Positions 58,301 through 64,000 of a stretch of DNA of 64,000 nucleotides are shown here, one piece after another. The stretch comes from Balanoglossus misakiensis (lineage: Eukaryota > Animalia > Hemichordata). Positions within the stretch are counted from its first letter, which is position 1; the number at the start of each line of letters is the position of its first letter. The DNA lies in NCBI GenBank assembly GCA_040954595.2, contig CM082583.2:404542-468541 (forward strand), written 5' to 3'. The position numbers and the translations under genes were made by a program. Below the pieces are notes generated by a model that made no database searches, was not told the origin of the DNA, and worked only from the letters and a program-made list of their open reading frames with translations.

Positions 58301-61300
58301 AGGAAATCCGACTTGATCACCGTTGCTAACGAACGCTAGTGTCTGTCATGGTGTGCCGGGGTTTTAGTCGAGCCAGGCCGTAGGAGATCTGACTTGATCA
58401 TCGTGGTCAATGTACGCGTGTTTCCGCTCTGAAGTGCCGGGGCTTCAGCTAAACCATGCCGTAGGAAATCCGACGTAATCACCGTTGATAACTTACGCCA
58501 GTCTGTGTCATATAGAGCCGGTGCACCAGCCGAGTCACGCCGTAGGAAATCTGACTTGATCAACGTGGTCACTGTACGCCTGTTTCTGCTCTAGAGTGCC
58601 GGGGCTTCATCTGAGCCAGGCCGTAGGAAACCCGACGTGATTACCGTTGTTAACTTACGCCAGTCTGTGTCCTATATATAGTGCCGGGGCATCAGCCGTG
58701 CCAGGCCGAAGGAAATGTGAGTAGATCAACGTGGTCTCTGTACGCGTGTTTCTGCTCTAGAGTGCCGGGGCTTTATCCGAGCTATGCCGTAGAAAATCTG
58801 ACTTGATCACCGTTGCTAACTTACGCTAGTGTCTGTCATATTGTGACGGAGATTTAGCCGAGCCAGGCCGTAGAAAAATCGACTTGTTCAACGTTACCAG
58901 TGTGCAACTGTTTCTGCTCTAAAGTCTCAGGGTTTTAGCCGACTTATGCTGTAGGAAATCTGAGTTGATGAACGGAAATTCAATGTTAGAAAACCCGTGT
59001 GGAAAGTATCTCTACCCGTTTGAAACTAAGAAAAGAATTTATTCTTATTTTTTTTCTAAAAATGACATTTTCAAGGAAAATTTGGTAAAACGCAATTTTG
59101 TCTGCAGTGAGCCAAATTAGATTGTCTTTTGTGGAATTTGTATCGATATATACATACGAAGAGCATTCTATACTCCATCAGATTTCCGAAAATGTAGAAA
59201 ACAGGTATTTTTTGTAATTTTCAAAAATTTACCATTTTGACCAAATTATGGCTAAAATTGTTATTTTCGTGTTGAATGCCGCCAGTGTCACTGCTTTTAA
59301 AAGTCATAAAAACTTTTAACATACAAGCAATTGTTTATATATGATCAGGTCACCGAATTAAAAAAAATAAAGAATGTTTGGCCTAAAAATGACCTTTTTG
59401 GTGCAAAAACGAATAAAACGCAATTTTGTATTAAATCAGCTCATTCAGAGTGCATTTTTTATAATCAGCACCATTTTTACATATATTGGAAATTTCATAC
59501 ATCATCAGATATCCAAATATGAAAAAATGATTTAGATTTTAGATGATTGTCCAAAATTAGCTGATATCTAATAAATGTAGTATTGAACCGTTCTGTCCCC
59601 CCCCCCCTACATTATATGCGGTACGCCGATGTCAGCTTACCCGGCAGTACTGCAGGCCGTGCCCCCAAATAACGTCGGTGTTTGAAACGCCCTGGTTAAA
59701 TTCGGGCTTTCTCTATAAATTGACAGGCAATAATGCAGTCCTACCCGAACAAATGTCGAGTGTTGACCCGCTGTGACTTTCCCTCTTCGGTTTGCCCGAC
59801 TTAGCCAACGTCTTTGTACTAATGTGTCGGGTCTTTTGCAGAGCCAGGCCGAAGGAAATCCGACTTGATCACCGTTGCTAACGAACGCTAGTGTCTGTCA
59901 TGGTGTGCCGGGGTTTTAGTCGAGCCAGGCCGTAGGAGATCTGACTTGATCATCGTGGTCAATGTACGCGTGTTTCCGCTCTAAAGTGCCGGGGCTTCAG
60001 CTAAACCATGCCGTAGGAAATCCGACGTAATCACCGTTGATAACTTACGCCAGTCTGTGTCATATAGAGCCGGTGCACCAGCCGAGTCACGCCGTAGGAA
60101 ATCTTACTTGATCAACGTGGTCAATGTACGCCTGTTTCTGCTCTAGAGTGCCGGGGCTTCAGCTGAGCCAGGCCGTGGGAAACCCGACGTGATTACCGTT
60201 GTTAACTTACGCCAGTTTGTGTCCTATATATAGTGCCGGGGCATCAGCCGTGCCAGGCCGAAGGAAATGTGAGTAGATCAACGTGGTCTCTGTACGCGTG
60301 TTTCTGCTCTAGAGTGCCAGGGCTTTAGCCAAGCCATGCCGTAGGAAATCTGACTTGATCAACGTTGCTAACGAACGCTAATGTCTGTCATAGTGTGCCG
60401 GGGTTTTAGTCGAGCCAAGCCGTAGGAGATCAGACTTGATCAACGTGGTCTCTGTACGCGTGTTTCTGCTCTAGAGTGCCGGGGCTTTATCCAACCCATG
60501 CCGTAGAAAATCTGACTTGATCACCGTTGCTAACGTACGCTAGTGTCTGTCATATTGTGACGGAGATTTAGCCGAGCCAGGCCGTAGAAAAATCGACTTG
60601 TTCAACGTTACCAGTGTGCAACTGTTTCTGCTCTAGAGTGTCAGGGTTTTAGCCGACTTATGCTGTAGGAAATCTGAGTTGATGAACGGGAATTCAATGT
60701 TAGAAAACCCGTGTGGAAAGTATCTCTACCCGTTTGAAACTAAGAAAAGAATTTATTCTTATTTATTTTGTAAAAAAGACAATTTTTCGAAAAAAAGTCG
60801 AAAAATTGCAATTTTGTCTTGGGTGATTCAAATTATACCGCCTTTTCTGGAATTTGCAGCACTTTTTACAAGAGAACGACACTTCATGCTCCATAATATT
60901 TCCGAAAATGAAGAAAAGAGTTAATTTTTTATGATTTTTCAAAAAAATTTACCATTTTTGTCAAAATATGGCCAAAATGGCTATTTTTCTTGAATTCCGT
61001 CAATATCTCTGCATTTTTGGAGTGGTCGAGAGTTTTAACATACAATCAACATGTCATATATGATCAGGGCACCAAATTCGAAGAATAAAGGTTTTTTTAT
61101 TTTTTTTTCTAAAAATGAAATTTTCAAGGAAAATTTGGTCAAACGCAATTTTGTCTGCAGTGAGCCAAATTAGACGGTCTTTTGTGGAATTTGTATCGAT
61201 ATATACATACGAAGAGCATTCTATACTCCATCAGATTTCCGAAAATGTAGAAAACAGGTATTTTTTGTAATTTTCAAAAATTTACCATTTTGACCAAATT

Positions 61301-64000
61301 GTGGCTAAAATTGTTATTTTCGTGATGAATGCCGCCAGTGTCACTGCTTTTAAAAGCCATAAAAACTTTTAACACACAAGCAATTGTTTATATATGATCA
61401 GGTCACCGAATTAAAAATATAAAGAATGTTTGGCCTAAAAATGACCTTTTTGGTGCAAAAACGAATAAAACGCAATCTTGTATTAAATCAGTTCATTCAG
61501 AGTGCATGTTTTATAATAAGCACCATTTTTACATATAATGGAAATTTCATACATCATCAGATATCCAAATATGAAAAAATGATTTAGATTTTAGATGATT
61601 GTCCAAAATTAGCTGATATCTAATAAATGTAGTATTGAACCGTTCTGTCCCCCCCCCCCCTTACATTATATGCGGTACGCCGATGTCAGCTTACCCGGCA
61701 GTACTGTAGGCCGTGCCCCCAACAAACGTCGGTGTTTGAAACGCCCTGGTTAAATTCGGGCTCTCTCTATAAATCGACAGGCAATAATGCAGTCCTACCG
61801 GAACAAATGTCGAGTGTTGACCCGCTGCGACTTTCCGTCTTTGGTTTGCCCAACTTAGCCAACGTCTTTGTACTAGAGTGTCGGGTCTTTTGCAGAGCCA
61901 GGCCGAAGGAAATCCGACTTGATCACCGTTGCTAACGAACGCTAGTGTCTGTCATGGTGTGCCGGGGTTTTAGTCGAGCCAGGCCGTAGGAGATCTGACT
62001 TGATCATCGTGGTCAATGTACGCGTGTTTCCGCTCTAAAGTGCCGGGGCTTCAGCTAAACCAGGCCGTAGGAAATCCGACGTAATCACCGTTGATAACTT
62101 ACGCCAGTCTGTGTCATATAGAGCCGGTGCACCAGCCGAGTCACGCCGTAGGAAATCTTACTTGATCAACGTGGTCAATGTACGCCTGTTTCTGCTCTAG
62201 AGTGCCGGGGCTTCAGCTGAGCCAGGCCGTAGGAAACCCGACGTGATTACCGTTGTTAACTTACGCCAGTTTGTGTCCTATATATAGTGCCGGGGCATCA
62301 GCCGTGCCAGGCCGAAGGAAATGTGAGTAGATCAACGTGGTCTCTGTACGCGTGTTTCTGCTCTAGAGTGCCAGGGCTTTAGCCAAGCCATGCCGTAGGA
62401 AATCTGACTTGATCAACGTTGCTTACGAACGCTAGTGTCTGTCATAGTGTGCCGGGGTTTTAGTCGAGCCAAGCCGTAGGAGATCAGACTTGATCAACGT
62501 GGTCTCTGTACGCGTGTTTCTGCTCTAGAGTGCCGGGGCTTTATCCGAGCTATGCCGTAGAAAATCTGACTTGATCACCGTTGCTAACTTACGCTAGTGT
62601 CTGTCATATTGTGACGGAGATTTAGCCGAGCCAGGCCGTAGAAAAATCGACTTGTTCAACGTTACCAGTGTGCAACTGTTTCTGCTCTAGAGTGTCAGGG
62701 TTTTAGCCGACTTATGCTGTAGGAAATCTGAGTTGATGAACGGAAATTCAATGTTAGAAAACCCGTGTGGAAAGTATCTCTACCCGTTTGAAACTAAGAA
62801 AAGAATTTATTCTTATTTTTTTTCTAAAAATGACATTTTCAAGGAAAATTTGGTAAAACGCAATTTTGTCTGCAGTGAGCCAAATTAGATTGTCTTTTGT
62901 GGAATTTGTATCGATATATACATACGAAGAGCATTCTATACTCCATCAGATTTCCGAAAATGTAGAAAACAGGTATTTTTTGTAATTTTCAAAAATTTAC
63001 CATTTTGACCAAATTATGGCTAAAATTGTTATTTTCGTGTTGAATGCCGCCAGTGTCACTGCTTTTAAAAGTCATAAAAACTTTTAACATACAAGCAATT
63101 GTTTATATATGATCAGGTCACCGAATTAAAAAAAATAAAGAATGTTTGGCCTAAAAATGACCTTTTTGGTGCAAAAACGAATAAAACGCAATTTTGTATT
63201 AAATCAGCTCATTCAGAGTGCATTTTTTATAATCAGCACCATTTTTACATATATTGGAAATTTCATACATCATCAGATATCCAAATATGAAAAAATGATT
63301 TAGATTTTAGATGATTGTCCAAAATTAGCTGATATCTAATAAATGTAGTATTGAACCGTTCTGTCCCCCCCCCCCTACATTATATGCGGTACGCCGATGT
63401 CAGCTTACCCGGCAGTACTGCAGGCCGTGCCCCCAAATAACGTCGGTGTTTGAAACGCCCTGGTTAAATTCGGGCTTTCTCTATAAATTGACAGGCAATA
63501 ATGCAGTCCTACCCGAACAAATGTCGAGTGTTGACCCGCTGTGACTTTCCCTCTTCGGTTTGCCCGACTTAGCCAACGTCTTTGTACTAATGTGTCGGGT
63601 CTTTTGCAGAGCCAGGCCGAAGGAAATCCGACTTGATCACCGTTGCTAACGAACGCTAGTGTCTGTCATGGTGTGCCGGGGTTTTAGTCGAGCCAGGCCG
63701 TAGGAGATCTGACTTGATCATCGTGGTCAATGTACGCGTGTTTCCGCTCTAAAGTGCCGGGGCTTCAGCTAAACCATGCCGTAGGAAATCCGACGTAATC
63801 ACCGTTGATAACTTACGCCAGTCTGTGTCATATAGAGCCGGTGCACCAGCCGAGTCACGCCGTAGGAAATCTTACTTGATCAACGTGGTCAATGTACGCC
63901 TGTTTCTGCTCTAGAGTGCCGGGGCTTCAGCTGAGCCAGGCCGTGGGAAACCCGACGTGATTACCGTTGTTAACTTACGCCAGTTTGTGTCCTATATATA
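55317..64000 (-). repeat. Same macrosatellite in inverted orientation, running off the window
   Basis: Reverse-complement units (poly-C tracts; satellite ORFs now appear on the + strand). A 3,768-bp higher-order period is visible (59331 vs 63099). Confidence 0.97.

Noticed and set aside
11163-63290. Recurring 60-80 aa ORFs (MESISTRLKL.., MSKYGQNG.., MNRSVPPPP.., MFIYDQVT.., MQISDLRN..)
   Set aside because: Chance ORFs in satellite or Helentron repeats. Most start at non-ATG codons, are broken by homopolymer indels in sister copies and show no domain similarity.

Overview
Eukaryotic, AT-rich, repeat-dominated DNA, probably from a marine invertebrate (inferred from the TE families; the species cannot be determined). 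Bases 1-9.87 kb hold nested MITEs, short palindromic elements, LINE relics and two minus-strand exons resembling ELAC2 (tRNase Z). From about 9,869 to the window end lies a hierarchical macrosatellite: alternating 81-bp monomers form a 162-bp dimer, 4-8 dimers plus a poly-G segment and a ~1 kb AT-rich segment form a 1.7-2.1 kb unit, and some units form 3.5-3.8 kb higher-order repeats. The array switches strand at about 55,315. Four insertions interrupt it: (1) three Helentron-type non-autonomous elements nested head-head-head/tail-tail-tail (15.5-19.5 kb); (2) an intact RTE-X-like LINE with a 13-bp TSD, whose ORF1 carries a 2A-like NPGP peptide and is separated from the in-frame ORF2 by a single TAA (23.8-28.9 kb); (3) a second, chimeric Helentron-type element (44.3-46.2 kb); (4) a defective BEL/Pao LTR retrotransposon (47.1-54.0 kb). 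No prokaryotic features, RNA genes or CRISPR arrays were seen.
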